Source: Balanoglossus misakiensis (taxonomy: Eukaryota > Animalia > Hemichordata). Taken from it: a stretch of 64,000 nt of DNA. Shown here piece after piece: positions 15,001 through 27,192 of the stretch; position 1 is the first letter of the stretch; every line of letters starts with the position of its first letter. A model generated the notes under the pieces. The model did no database searches, was not told where the DNA came from, and saw only the letters and a program-made list of their open reading frames with translations. Location of the stretch: positions 1,417,935 through 1,481,934 of the forward strand of contig CM082588.2 of NCBI GenBank assembly GCA_040954595.2, read 5' to 3'. A program made the position numbers and the translations under genes.

Positions 15001-18000
15001 TGTCTGAATAAACTTTGCATCTATAAATAGTGGAATCAGATGTCAACTGTGTCGACTTCTATGCAGAGAATATAAAGAAGCCTTACACCAAGCCGATCTT
15101 GAGGTCGCGTGCTTACATTGTAAAGTTCACAAGAAATATTCCTCAAAGATACTATTTCCTGACTGGTGTTACATGTGTGTCCTGCTTTTTCTGAACTCGT
15201 GTACTTTGCCACATTTTATTAACTAATTTAGTAATTATGTGCACAACCAGCAAATTTTTCGCTCATGGCCCATTGTTTTTGCTGGCTGCTGGCTATTGAG
15301 TATTTTATTCATCACTGAATATACCGTGATATAACAACATCCAAACAATACCAAAAAATAAATCAAAATTTGTAATTTGAATTCACGCAGTTTTGAAACA
15401 AAAGGGTGCATTTTACCCTCTCACCACGTCAAATCCAGAAAAATGTCAGAAATTTCTCGCATCAACCAGACCAAGTGGCAGAAACGTTTCCTGTTGCATC
15501 CACTTTTACACGCTTGGAAAGTGAAAGAGCCTGAACACCCCCATCAGTCACTTAATACAGAAGGATATATGCTTCATAAATGCCAGCTAAGCATTAGTGG
15601 AACTACTTCCTTTATTGCTGGCTACTATACATGCGAGTCTACTGTAACTGGTGCATGTGTGCGTGTCCCAGCGTTTTTCCGTTTGACTTGAAGTCATCGC
15701 AGTTTCCAATGAGTTAAGGTCATTCCACATGGCTTCACAAACACAGTGGAGCCCCCATGTCCTGCCGCTCTCAAATTTCACAGTTCTTATTTTTTCAACT
15801 TACATGTGGAATTAGTCGTCAAGGACTGGTGTAAGCATTACCTATCGCTAATCACCGACACATGTACCGGAATACACCTGAAGGCACATGAAACTGTGCT
15901 GAAGTTTTATTAAAATAATGGGCCCACTGGAAAAATCAGTCCTTTTGTTCAACCATGCCTCATCCAATCCAAGGATGGAATTCACTTTGGGGATATTGAA
16001 ATTGTTTTACACACACTTTAATATGATGAAATTCACAAGTTGCTTAGTTTCATTTTTAACATACTACCGGTACATGTACCACAAACCTTTCATTTGTCTG
16101 GACAGCTAACATTAGAAAAACTACTCTGTCACAATGTATATTTAGAGCGAAAGAAATTCTTTCCTCAGCATGGTGTAAAAGGTATTAAACAGGCCCCCTG
16201 GAGGGTGCCCTAACACCATTTTGCAAGGTCGGCTAGGGGTCGGGGGAGATGTGAGCAAACAGGGCGGAGTTCCACAGCTCCATGGAGACGCAGATAGCTC
16301 CATCCCTCTTCTTACTGGGAGGCATCATATCTCACAACACCCCCACTGCTAGTCTGTGTGGTCATCCCAACACAATCTTTATTACTTTTTTTTCGAACGT
16401 GCCAATCAGTTTGCCACAGCCTGGAGTGTGTGTACTCAAGAAAACTACAGAATTATCTGTTCCTCATCACGCCTCAGGTCAATTTAGAGTAAAAACATAC
16501 ACAGTAATTGACGATGTGTTCACAATTTCATTGTAAGCAAATACATTGATGTTAAATGCAAATTTCTGTCAATTAGTTCATCAGTAAGTTTCCAAGCTGC
16601 TGGGTCGTCTTCAGCAGAATCCTTTGTGCATAAATTGTCCTACATTGTCCAACCATGCTGTAATTCTTTACAAGTCATCTGATGGTCGTACATTAATATT
16701 TACGACCATCAACTGACCAATACGCCAACCCATAAAGCGCACCTCATCCACGCCAGTAATTCACAGCCACCAGGGCCTTGATGGGCAGAGGTCATGAACA
16801 CAAACAGAGATCCCTGACCTGTATTACCCTTTGGATAAATGATCCTTCATCACCTGTTCGCAAAATGACACCGACGACAACTGTGAAGACAGTCCCTAGA
16901 TGTTCTCTCCTCGTCAGAATACCTCACAACTGCACTAGTATTTATTTATTTATTTATTTTGACGTTTGTGGATCACATGCCTTCTTCAAGGTCCCGAGGT
17001 TACATCAGTCTTCAGAGGATATTTCAAAATACAGAAAAAAATCCAACAAGTCTGACAACATGTGGATAATTGATATGATCATCTTTGACGGGTCTGACAG
17101 GAACATCAAAGCAAAAGATAGGCAGCATTCAGTTCAATTCTCCCAGAATGCATCATGGAAATTTAGGAGAATGTAGAATCAGCAATTTTAAGGGTGGTAC
17201 ACCAGTAAATGTTACCAAGAAGTTCCCAAGACATTTCACCTGAATTCCCCTTTATCACTGCAGTCATATTTAATGTGTAGCAAAGATGCTACTGAGGTAA
17301 AATCACCACACACAATGCATAATGATAATTTACTAGAAATTCCAATCAGACTAAAGATCTTTCCAAAGTTCTCTACTATGTCAATTGCCAAAGATCAGCC
17401 CCTGGATTAGGAGACCGCGGTCTGGCTGTGCTGAACATTCTCCTGCAATGTTGTTCGTGTCAGCGTGTATGTTGTAAGATGCATGATATCACGTATGGAC
17501 AGATGCTGTCTAATGACTGCCAGGCATCTGGCCGACTTGTTTGGCTATGAGACTACAATCTTCTGCGGCGATCGAGAAAAGCGGGGTCAACAACCTCCTT
17601 TTGCTGCTGGCGCATCAAACGATGGATCTACATTGAAACGAACATTGATTCAAACTATGAATGTTGATAAAGTATACAGATTGTGCTTTATATTGAATTT
17701 CATTATATTCATAAGTCTAGACACCATGGATTAAAGTCTGTAAAACTTTTTCAGTCCATATGTGACTTTTACACATCCACATACATTGTATAACATATGC
17801 GACGGGACTGTTTGAGAATTCTCAAGTTGCAATTAATTTGACATCAGACACCGAAGTTAGCTTGTAGGTATAAATTTTAATTTCTATCATACGGCTACAG
17901 CGAGGAATTTCACTGATTCATCCTCTCCTAACATCATGTTTAGATACTTAAATTTTAAAACCGCCGATGTCTACCATGGACTCTCATTTTTGGTCATGTT

Positions 18001-19325
18001 TTGATAGATAATATCCTGTCCAGTGGTTTATTACTGCAGACTTCTTTCTTCATACTTCCTTTTTGAGAATACAGTATTGCAATGATGCTCTGTCGTATAA
18101 TGTGAATTGTACAGTGATACGCATTGCATCGTAGAAGACAAGACACACCACGGCTCGTTGCAATTCCTATCATATAAACAGTCATAACCCTGGTGAACTA
18201 TGGAATTATTAAAATGCACAACTGCCGACTGAAATAATAAGGTATCATAATTACACCAAGAATGTTTGATAGCTTTAAAAGGATCACAGGGCAATGATCT
18301 CTCTCCTCTGAAGAAAAACAGTTCGATGACTCTCAGGGTATTTTGGTTGGAATCACTTACTGTGTGGAGGTCAGACTCAGGAGTAGATCCTCGAGTGATG
18401 AAGATGTATGTGTAAATTTTTATAGTAGTCTGTGTTGTGAGGGAGGGTGCTTGACAAGCCAAAAAATGACTTGAGATTGTGAGTAGGAAAAGCGGGAATA
18501 GACAGTACATCTACAGTTGATCACTGAAATGGATTCCACACTGTCACTCTTTGATTTTGTACTCGTCACATATTCTGGCTTGCCTACTTGATCCGTATTA
18601 TCAAACATTATTCCAGTTTACATCCAGGATTCACAAGTAATCGCATGGTGTTTCCTTCACACTTAGCCACAACATGGCGTACATTGCAACTGTCATGGCA
18701 TTTCAGAGCATTCGGCTTGTCACCGATACTTGTGGAATGAGCGATTCTTATGAGAAATGTACGTACATAACATCAGTGTATTGCTGATGCTGCCTGAAAG
18801 GAGACCTATCAAGTTTCAAATTCCAGATTTGACATTCACCCAAATAGAAATCTGATGATACAGTTTCCTGCCTCGGTGTACGCGACAAGGACGAGGCATT
18901 AAAACTGAAACAAACATTTTAGAATTAACTCATATCCTCCTGGAGAAATTCTAAATTTCAAGTTTGACATAAAGCTATATTTTGTGTGATGCAAAAACAA
19001 CCAAAGTATCACTGACAATGATGGTGTTTTTTCCCTTTAATCCTACTTATAATGTAGGTCTTTACATAACATAAATGTAATGTTTTTTATAGATCTTGAC
19101 ACAGTACCCTGGATGGCATCAAAGATTTGTAGTTCACTCGGGAAAGACATAAACATAGCCTCAGTCCCTCCACAATGTGATACAGCTGAGCTTTTGCCAG
19201 ATTGCATGCGTCTCTCCACACTGGTTCGACCCATAGGTCTATTGTCTTCAATGCTGGGGTTAGACCTGTGTGCTAGGAATTCAGGGATCAAAGGGCTTTC
19301 TGCCAGAGTGCTTTGCTCACGGTTG

Positions 19326-19361
<36 letters not shown>

Positions 19362-22300
19362 TAGAGAGAGGGAGTCATTAATTTTTAACAGCCCTGTTTA
19401 ATATCACACTGTAGAGCCTTTAGAATCACCCAACTCCAGGGAGAGTTATGGAAAAATTCAGCTCAAAGTTTTACACGGCTGATAATTCAATGTCCATATG
19501 TTGGTCTATCCCTACGACACCGCAAGAAGGATTTCAGTGATTGAAGTTGTGAAATTTCTCATTATTGGTCACGATCCCTGAGGGTCAATGTACTTGGGTC
19601 AAGTCCCGAGCAGATCAGTTTCATGAAATCTACGAGTAGTATGGCCACACCTATAATAATAAACTTGTACCACTCAGTGTCTGCACCAAAATCTCATTAC
19701 TCCAAAAGCTTGTGGTTTGCCACGCAGGAACAGTCAGTGAGCAGGCATCTTTGAGTCAGGAAACGATTTCTCACATTCACAAGCCCCCTGTAGTTCACGA
19801 TGATCCAAGTGACATACATTTCAAGATGAAAGGCGACTCAAAGATGACTCTCCAAAACTTTTGATTGTTCCTGACCCATTTTGAAGTTCTCCAATGGTCA
19901 AAGACCATGCCAAGTATGTTTGCCTGGTTTTCCTTGCCCGGTATTATTTATTTGCTCCAATGACAGGGCACGCTGCTGGGGGACCCTATAGGGGTGTTAT
20001 TATCAGAACCTTCACATATATTCCCAGAGAACATGTGTTCAACATCTCATCCCTGTCTCATCTGTTGGTAATGCATGAACAATAGCATATTACATCAAAT
20101 CGAGTTGCAGCTGATATATTTCTACAAAGCAAGTCAACTCTGAGAGCATACCTAGTACTGGTTTTGCCATCTATATTTAGATACTAATGTCTGCATAAAA
20201 CCATGTAACTTTAAGTATCGGCCCAAAAGTTATAACTACAACTGTAATAGTCAACTCAAATTGCTACTGTAGGATGATAATTCAATGCAAAATAAGTAAA
20301 ACAGTGGTTACAGTTTACGAGATAACATAAATTCAAAAGACAGAGATAAGTCACAAACCATATATAGTTATGGATCAGTATGAGAAAATTTGTTTCACTG
20401 ACTCAAGTACAACAGCTCCATGGCTTTTCCCAACCCGAGGAACCTATACAAGTGTTTAATGGTTCTTAGGCTCTTGAAACTGGTCTTTGATCCAGACTTT
20501 ACATCCAAAGAATGTACTTATAGTATTAGTGAGCGTATTATGTACTCTAAACAAAGTCCAGACATCCAAATCCCCTAACACTTCACTTCAAGGCAAACAA
20601 AGACAGACATCCCACAAGTATTTGACTTGTAAGGGCACGCGTGTAATATCTTAAACCAAATGACAAGTTTCCGAATCATTATTTCTAAACTTCCGCCAAT
20701 GCTTTCTAGTGGTTTCTAAGGAGTTGACTGCCATTGTTTGGAATGTAGTTCAGGTAGCATCCTGTCTATTTACAATAGGTGACATCAAAAGTGAGATTAT
20801 AGAATACACTACTTGTTACCAAAATTAGAACATCCGCCCAACTTTATCACCCAAGTGGTGGAAATATATCATTAACTGTCACTTCTACTGGAGATTAAAT
20901 TTCTCCAGTTTCGGAGAATTTCCTCATCACACTTTTGAGTAAATATTTGCCATATGTCCAACTCCTACATGTAGTCAAAATCACTTTGCTCTGAGCTCAC
21001 TAGTCAGGAAAAAATGGTCTATGGTCCGCTGGTGTGGGGGAGTGGTGATGAGTGGGTTTGACCCAGAGATGCTTGTTTTCAATCAGCACACTCCCATTTA
21101 TGGCGGTGCCCTATTAAAAGTCAATAGATGGCTGTTGACTTGAAGTGATAAGAAAGTCTGACAAGAGAACCAGTATCCCATGGGTTGGACACTGGAGAAC
21201 AGGTCACTCTTAGAATCATAAGGAAATTGACTTTGGACTTACAAGTTACAACTAGGGGCAGTTCTCTTTTGGTCATCTTCACAAGAATTTAAGTCTTAAT
21301 GTTTAATTGGTGCCAAACAAGTCACTCTGTGTTTAAAGTATAGACTGCTCCTTCTTTCTGTAATCACACACCACTGTTGCGAAACTAAATATTTGGGTGA
21401 TTTGATTATTTAAACCACTCTGGTGTACTTAATTAATGTGAAGTAAAATAGAGTGCAAGTTATTCGGAGGTTTATTTCTCTTATAATAAACAAGGGCAGG
21501 GCAAATTGCAGGCATTAAGATACTGACCTAAATCCAACGCTTTCATCTCTGTTTTGTTGAAATGGTTCAACCATACTACTGAAAGCAGCAGAGACCTTAT
21601 GAGTTATTAAACTAATTTCATATGACACAAACACCATAGTTGGAGGGCATGATATTATTTGGGGGATGTACAAATCCAGTTCTGATACCATGGACCAGAG
21701 TCAGTGTTAATACAAAAATCTGAAGCTGGAGTTCCTCTGGGGGCCCCATCTTTACCAACTTTGACACCTCCCCCATTAATCATAACTTTCCAACTGTTGG
21801 CTGTTGAAGACAGATAGTGCAATGGATTCATGGCTTTGAGCAATATAATTGGCTTTAGGAGAACTTTGGCCAAAAGTAGTTTATTTTCCAGCATTTTATC
21901 AATAAATTACAGATCTGTTGTCCATTTCTTGCACAGAGGTTTGTATAAAGTATGATGCTATTATGTAATTGTTGCTAGGGAACATGTATGTTTCATGCGG
22001 AAGATGGGTTGTCATGGCAACTACCACACGCCATTAAACTGGGGCGTAGGTTTTACCATTGAAGCTACCCCGCCTTCTGCACGTATATGCAAGAAAACAC
22101 GGTGGCCAACACTTAAAACATAAATATCTTGTTCAGTTTTAGTTTCTATTACTTCCGGTCGAGTAAGGAGACACCAAAGATCTCCGGTTCTATCATTAAA
22201 ACTGAGACAGAAACGTTACTTCATAGTTCCACATTTTGAGAGGGTCTGATCCTGTTTCGAGTATGAGTAAACTTTCAAATCTTCGCGGATATTTTCTATC

Positions 22301-23004
22301 AAACTTATAGTGAGAACCGCGGGAATAACGACCATGAAATCCGCCTGACCTCGCCTCAGTGGGACAGCATGTTTACATATGCCATCACGTAGAGATTTGG
22401 TATTGACCCATTTATTTACGTCTACTATAATGCACGATAGTTCACATCGCGTTTGCTCCATGGTTGCACGTATTAGAAGCAAATCTGTTTCTAGTTTTGA
22501 TGCATGTCCTCATGAAAATAAAATCCCAGCGTCCTGCTGTGAGAGTACCCAGCTCGTACGTGTTGTACCTGGTTTGATCACGGATGATCTCAAATCACAT
22601 GAAGTGTATCGACGCGACGCCGGTGATGAACTGAGTTCAAGATCGGTCCAGAAAATAAAAAGTGTGTATCAGATATCGTTTAATTTAGAGACAGGAAGCG
22701 TTAAGAGTGCCCCGGCCACCATAGTTGATCCAGACGACACGATCTCTCCTAGCGTACTAACCAGCTAACAGCTGATGACTTACGCCGCTGGTAAACCGAC
22801 CCACCTCCCTACCAACAAGTGTATCGAGTCAAGAGTTCCCTCGAGGCTCGTGCGAGCGATCAAACGCATTTTACTCACCAAATCATCTTCGCAGCTGTCT
22901 TGACATCTCGATACGAGGTCTCCAGCTGACAGTGACAAGAAAATAACGGCGATCAGCAAACCGATCGTCCTAAAATCCGTATAAATCGCCGCGGTTTGCG
23001 GCAT
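1..23004 (-). CDS. ROS1: ROS1/sevenless-family receptor tyrosine kinase, 5' part (signal peptide, Cys-rich N-terminus, FN3 repeats, YWTD beta-propellers); TM and kinase exons lie beyond the left edge
   Basis: 30 phase-consistent exons: 22879-23004 (MPQTAAIYTDFRTIGLLIAVIFLSLSAG signal peptide), 12909-12968 (CKYGCSLWQNTSLSSCARAC), 10501-10533, 10129-10189, 9000-9163, 8767-8905, 8332-8631, 8035-8154, 7648-7835, 7347-7441, 6620-7161, 6273-6482, 5969-6076, 5623-5801, 5151-5449, 4996-5049, 4675-4832, 4359-4531, 4093-4222, 3629-3879, 3405-3468, 3072-3271, 2739-2923, 2300-2595, 2017-2187, 1577-1791, 1270-1408, 861-1099, 359-535, <1-173. FN3 signatures (LHPYVTYLFRV, LDPDTEYDIQV, LEPYTWYLLQ) alternate with YWTD-type blades (IAVDWFSGILYWAD, SLYWTE, SVYWTN), which is the ROS1/Sev ectodomain pattern. 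Confidence 0.9.
14010..14300. mobile_element. Possible degenerate non-autonomous DNA-transposon (MITE-like) fragment
   Basis: Begins TTAA-AGTTGTATAGGCCTCGGGGATAGATTTTCAG and contains GGCGACCATTTTGAA, resembling TTAA-flanked interspersed repeats of marine invertebrates. I could not identify the matching TIR. Confidence 0.3.
19329..19370. repeat. (GA)n microsatellite in ROS1 intron 1
   Basis: Read directly from the sequence. Confidence 0.95.
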
Positions 23005-23042
23005 CTTGCTAACTTCATGAAAGTTGTTGATGCCCGGTAGAA

Positions 23043-23107
23043 ATTTGCATAGGAAATCCCGATATGGAGGGTTGTGACGTCAGGGGATACCTCCTTTCTG
23101 ATTGGTT
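23043..23107 (-). promoter_or_regulatory. ROS1 proximal promoter motif cluster (octamer ATTTGCAT, kB-like GGGATTTCC, CRE TGACGTCA, CCAAT box)
   Basis: ATTTGCAT 23043-23050, GGAAATCCC 23052-23060, TGACGTCA 23075-23082 and ATTGG 23101-23105, all within about 100 bp of the ROS1 ATG. Confidence 0.5.
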
Positions 23108-23249
23108 GAAAGTGGGCCCAGGAATGTAAACCATCTGTGATCGTGTGCCCCACCCGGGTGATAATTACTTTTTTCACGCAACGCCCAGTGACCTTATTTG
23201 ACTTCAAACTACGTCGACGCAATACCGTTTAGCTTGTTTTGGTTTGTTT

Positions 23250-23500
23250 GAGCACAGGAAAGATACACGTAAAAAAGAAGCAAAGAAAAAATAAATAATA
23301 TCTAAATAAATAAAACATCAATTATGATGTTCCGATTCTTTGATTATTTGCAAAACTTCGAGCACAGGAAACTTGAGATACGCGTAAAAAAACATTGTTG
23401 TCCATCTCAATAGCAGAAGCAAACAATCAAGTAAAATAAATAATATCTACATAAAATAACTCAGTTGAAAAATATAAAACATTACGATTCTTTGATTAAT
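23250..23500. repeat. Degenerate direct duplication in the ROS1-YRDC intergenic region
   Basis: GAGCACAGGAAA...GATAC[A/G]CGTAAAAAA...AGAAGCAAA...ATAAATAATATCTA...CGATTCTTTGATTA occurs twice in the same order (about 23250-23347 and about 23360-23498). Confidence 0.7.
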
Positions 23501-24266
23501 CCGATGTTTACAAGACAACTTCATGTAAATCACTTTTTATGTAACAGTAAAAAAATGATTCCAGTGATTTCTCCTATTCTTATAACAAAAGTCTGTTGCC
23601 CATTTCATTTGGTCAACTGGTGAAACAATAAAATGTTCCACTCGGCACTTTTGTCTGAATTTGTGGGAAATTGATGAGTAATAATGTCAATAGGAATTGT
23701 AATGTTTTGTTTGCAGTCACCCACTGAGGCTGTTACACTGTGCCAGTGACGGAGCGGATGTGACAAGGAACGTATTATTGATCTCTCTACTTGACAAAAG
23801 CAGAAACGATTGGCTCCGGTGAAGATTTACAATAGTTTCAGACAAATGACCACGTATTGCATGACTTGTGTCCGTTTCATTGTGATGATACATACACGGG
23901 TAGGAACACCGCCCTCTTACGTTCGTTATGAGTTTTCTGACTTGACTGACATCAGCTTCGGGTTCATACCGATCACATCTATTTTCGATTTCACTTGAAA
24001 ACAAGATCAATTATTGTTTTGATGTCGGGAATTCAGATATAAAATAGCACGGATATGGCCATGGAGTTGTATAACACTTAAAATGGGATTCTAAATAGTC
24101 ACAATCCAAGAAAATTACACTTGAGAAATCCGAAACCGAATATGACTGTAGTTCTAACTGTATTGAGAGTATAATGGCGACTTCCTGAGTGATGCAACGT
24201 GCTCGCAACAAGTCCTGCTAATAATCAGCTACGAAATTCCTTACCGCATATATCGATAGCAACTGG

Positions 24267-25965
24267 ATGAAGCTCGGACATGTAGATATCACTACACTTT
24301 ACAGGGTTATTAGAAAAGTTCACCATTTATTAGGATCTTCCGACAAGATGGCCAACGTGGTCCGACTTGGCATAGGTGAGTGGACGATGGTTGCCCTAGT
24401 AGTAGTACCACGTATGGTATTACCTTTATACTGGCCAGTAATACTAGTAGTATATGGCATACGAATCCAGAACAACATGATGCATCACAGTTCAGAATCT
24501 TGTGATGTGTTATGAAAGGAAAAGAAGTAAATAGAATCAACTTTGTCCCCTGAACAGATTGCAGTGATGCTGTTGCCATAGCAACCCAGGCTCTGAAGAA
24601 AGGCAACGTGATTTCCTTGCCAACGGACACCATATATGGAGTTGCAGCCCTGGCGCAGTCTTCTGAAGCAGTGCAGAAGTTGTACAACCTGAAAGGACGG
24701 AATGAAAGCAAACCCATTGCCATCTGTGTCAGTGAGTTAGCAGATGTAGCCAAGTAAGTCATTTCCTCTGGAAATTGTCACAGTTCCATCTAGTGTTAGT
24801 TCTTTCACATTTGGGCAAGTGCAAAACCATAGCACAAATGGTAAAGTTTTGTGATTATCTGGGGGAGGGGGTATTTAATGATATGATCAGTAACATCAGA
24901 TCCCGGATGATTTTGAACATTTACAGATGGGGGAAAGTGACTGTCTCAAACAGCCTGCTAGGAGATCTTCTTCCAGGACCAGTAACTGTGGTGTTTGAGC
25001 GAACTCAAGCATTGAACACAAAGTTAAATCCGAACACAGAACTTGTTGGGATACGCATACCAAACCATGACTTCATCCGAAGAGTCTGTGCCGAAACAAG
25101 AGAACCCTTGGCACTTACCAGTGCAAACATCAGTGCCACAAAGAGTACACTGTGTGTAGAGGTGAGTTTCTACTGAGGTAAGGGTTGTTGACCCTTCAAA
25201 AAAGCTGTCAACTGTAGAGTCATAAGTTGACGGGCATGTCTTTTGCCACCATGTTTTTATTACCGTATTATAATTTATATTCCATGAGTCACAGTCGTGA
25301 AATTAAAAAGCTATAACACAGGATCGTAAAAATGCTATACTTTAACTCTGGGTGGTCTGTCTTTGTAAATTATGAGGTTTTATTTCTTGGTGTACAAGAC
25401 TTTGTGATTGAAACGATCATGTCATTGTGACTGTAAATATCTGATAGATAGTAATTAAATTAAGCATGACTTGATTTCAGATCAATAAAATTGTAATGTA
25501 CATACTGCTTGTGGAATCATTGTATGATACTAATCATCTCTTTCCTCTTTCTGTGTAGGAATTCCAGGAGCTTTGGCCGAAGTTAGATGCAATATTTGAT
25601 GGTGGTAGAATTGGAGAATCGGAAGCTTCCAGGTTGGGATCAACTGTTGTGGATCTGTCACAGTCTGGATTATATCGGATAATCCGGCCAGGAAGGTGAG
25701 AGAGAACTCACTTAACACTAACAGCATGATGCATCAGTGGTTACAGAGATTTTTTTAACTCTAGATATAGCTTGTAGATGGACTCATGGTGATGACGTTT
25801 TTTACGTGTTTTTCATGCCGTGCTAGTAGTCGCAAGAGTTAGCAAGCATATTACTAGTACTAAATCATTTGAAAATCTTACCTTGCATAATTCCACTCCT
25901 TCAGTGCATACAGGAACACAGTCTCCATACTGGAGGACAAGCATGGACTCAAAGAGGCAACATGA
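24267..25965 (+). CDS. YRDC: Threonylcarbamoyl-AMP synthase (YrdC/Sua5), t6A tRNA modification; 245 aa from the first ATG or 218 aa from ATG 24348
   Basis: Exons 24267(or 24348)-24375, 24558-24753, 24927-25161, 25559-25695, 25905-25965, all GT-AG and phase-consistent. Motifs SLPTDTIYG, KGRNESKPIAIC, LLPGPVT, VGIRIP, PLALTSANIS, GSTVVDLS, IIRPG. Confidence 0.93.
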
Positions 25966-25971
25966 AGAAGG

Positions 25972-25980
25972 TGATGATAT

Positions 25981-26022
<42 letters not shown>

Positions 26023-26029
26023 CGATGAC
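25972..26029 (+). repeat. (GAT)n microsatellite just after the YRDC stop codon
   Basis: Read directly: tgatgatattgatgatgat...gacgatgac. Confidence 0.95.
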
Positions 26030-27192
26030 GAATGCAGTTTTTCTTGCATTATTTGAACGCACAAATAGGATATTCACCTTTTTTTCTTTTATATTTAGAA
26101 GTCCTGAAATATCTTAAAATATTGATATTCTTAAGTATTTATACTTGACAAACTTCAGGGATATTTTCTTCAGTATATGTATGTTATATTATAACAAGTA
26201 ACAAAAGTGACAAAAACGGCATTACTGGTATATAAAAATATAGAACAATAATTTATCATTGGATTTCAAGGATTCACAAAATCATGTTTTAAATTCAAAA
26301 AGTATGCTACGGTAGATTTTGTTGATACTAAAGGCTCAGTTTGATAACTGTAAATTTATTCAGCAGTCTTCATGAAATACTTGCTGTGTGAACTGGATAT
26401 CAGATTTCTGTATACATATGTATGTTGAGTCAGAAATCAATTCAAGTCATTGTTTTCGATCATGAATGTAGAAATTTGATTTGGTTTTACCATTTATTAA
26501 TTCAAAAAATACCACTTGTACATGATGTTATACACAAATTCCTGAAAATTATATTGCATTGTAAAAGAAAGGTTGTAAAATGTAATGGACGGAACAACCT
26601 GCTGTAAGTATTTCATCCAATGTAATGTACAACTTTACAGTTCATTCAATGTCTCTGTCGTGTTTACAGACATCGTCACAAAGTCTTTGCCATTTTCTGC
26701 TTTGACTGCAAAAAAAGATATGTAGTTTTTCTGATGCACTTTTAAACTTTTCTAAATATGAGTGGAAGTTTCAGAAGATAACTAACCATGTCAGCTTTTG
26801 TTAAAACTAAATAAACTAAATGAATATTTTTCTTACAAATTCACCATGCTCAGTTTGAAAATTTGTAACTTGGGACCAAGACACTGCTTCCTAATACTTG
26901 TATATCCCAAGATCTTATTTACTTTGTAACAAGGCATAAAACAAATAATACAGTTACTTTTTTCATAAATTTCAGGTAAAAGTTTTGAATAAATTCCAAT
27001 GGATCATGCCTTTGGCACATTTCATAATTTGATATCATAGTAAAACTATACAAGATGAAAATACAAATAATGTAAGTTCCTTCAGTAATGGTTTGGCATA
27101 AAATCATGTTGATTGTTCATGAGATTTGGCAAAGAAGAAACTTTGGCCTGAGACTAAGACTTGGTGTGTTTGCTAGAATATTTCTAGATATC

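Noticed and set aside
13000-22800. Nested protein-coding gene in the large ROS1 intron (e.g. ORFs 18031-18510, 21655-21894, 22379-22768)
   Set aside because: There are no recognisable domains and no chain of phase-compatible exons.
25820-26117. ORFs encoding poly-Asp, poly-Met or poly-Ser
   Set aside because: These are alternative frames of the (GAT)n microsatellite in the YRDC 3'UTR. The real last exon (25905-25965) stops just before it, and no good acceptor supports a poly-Asp isoform.
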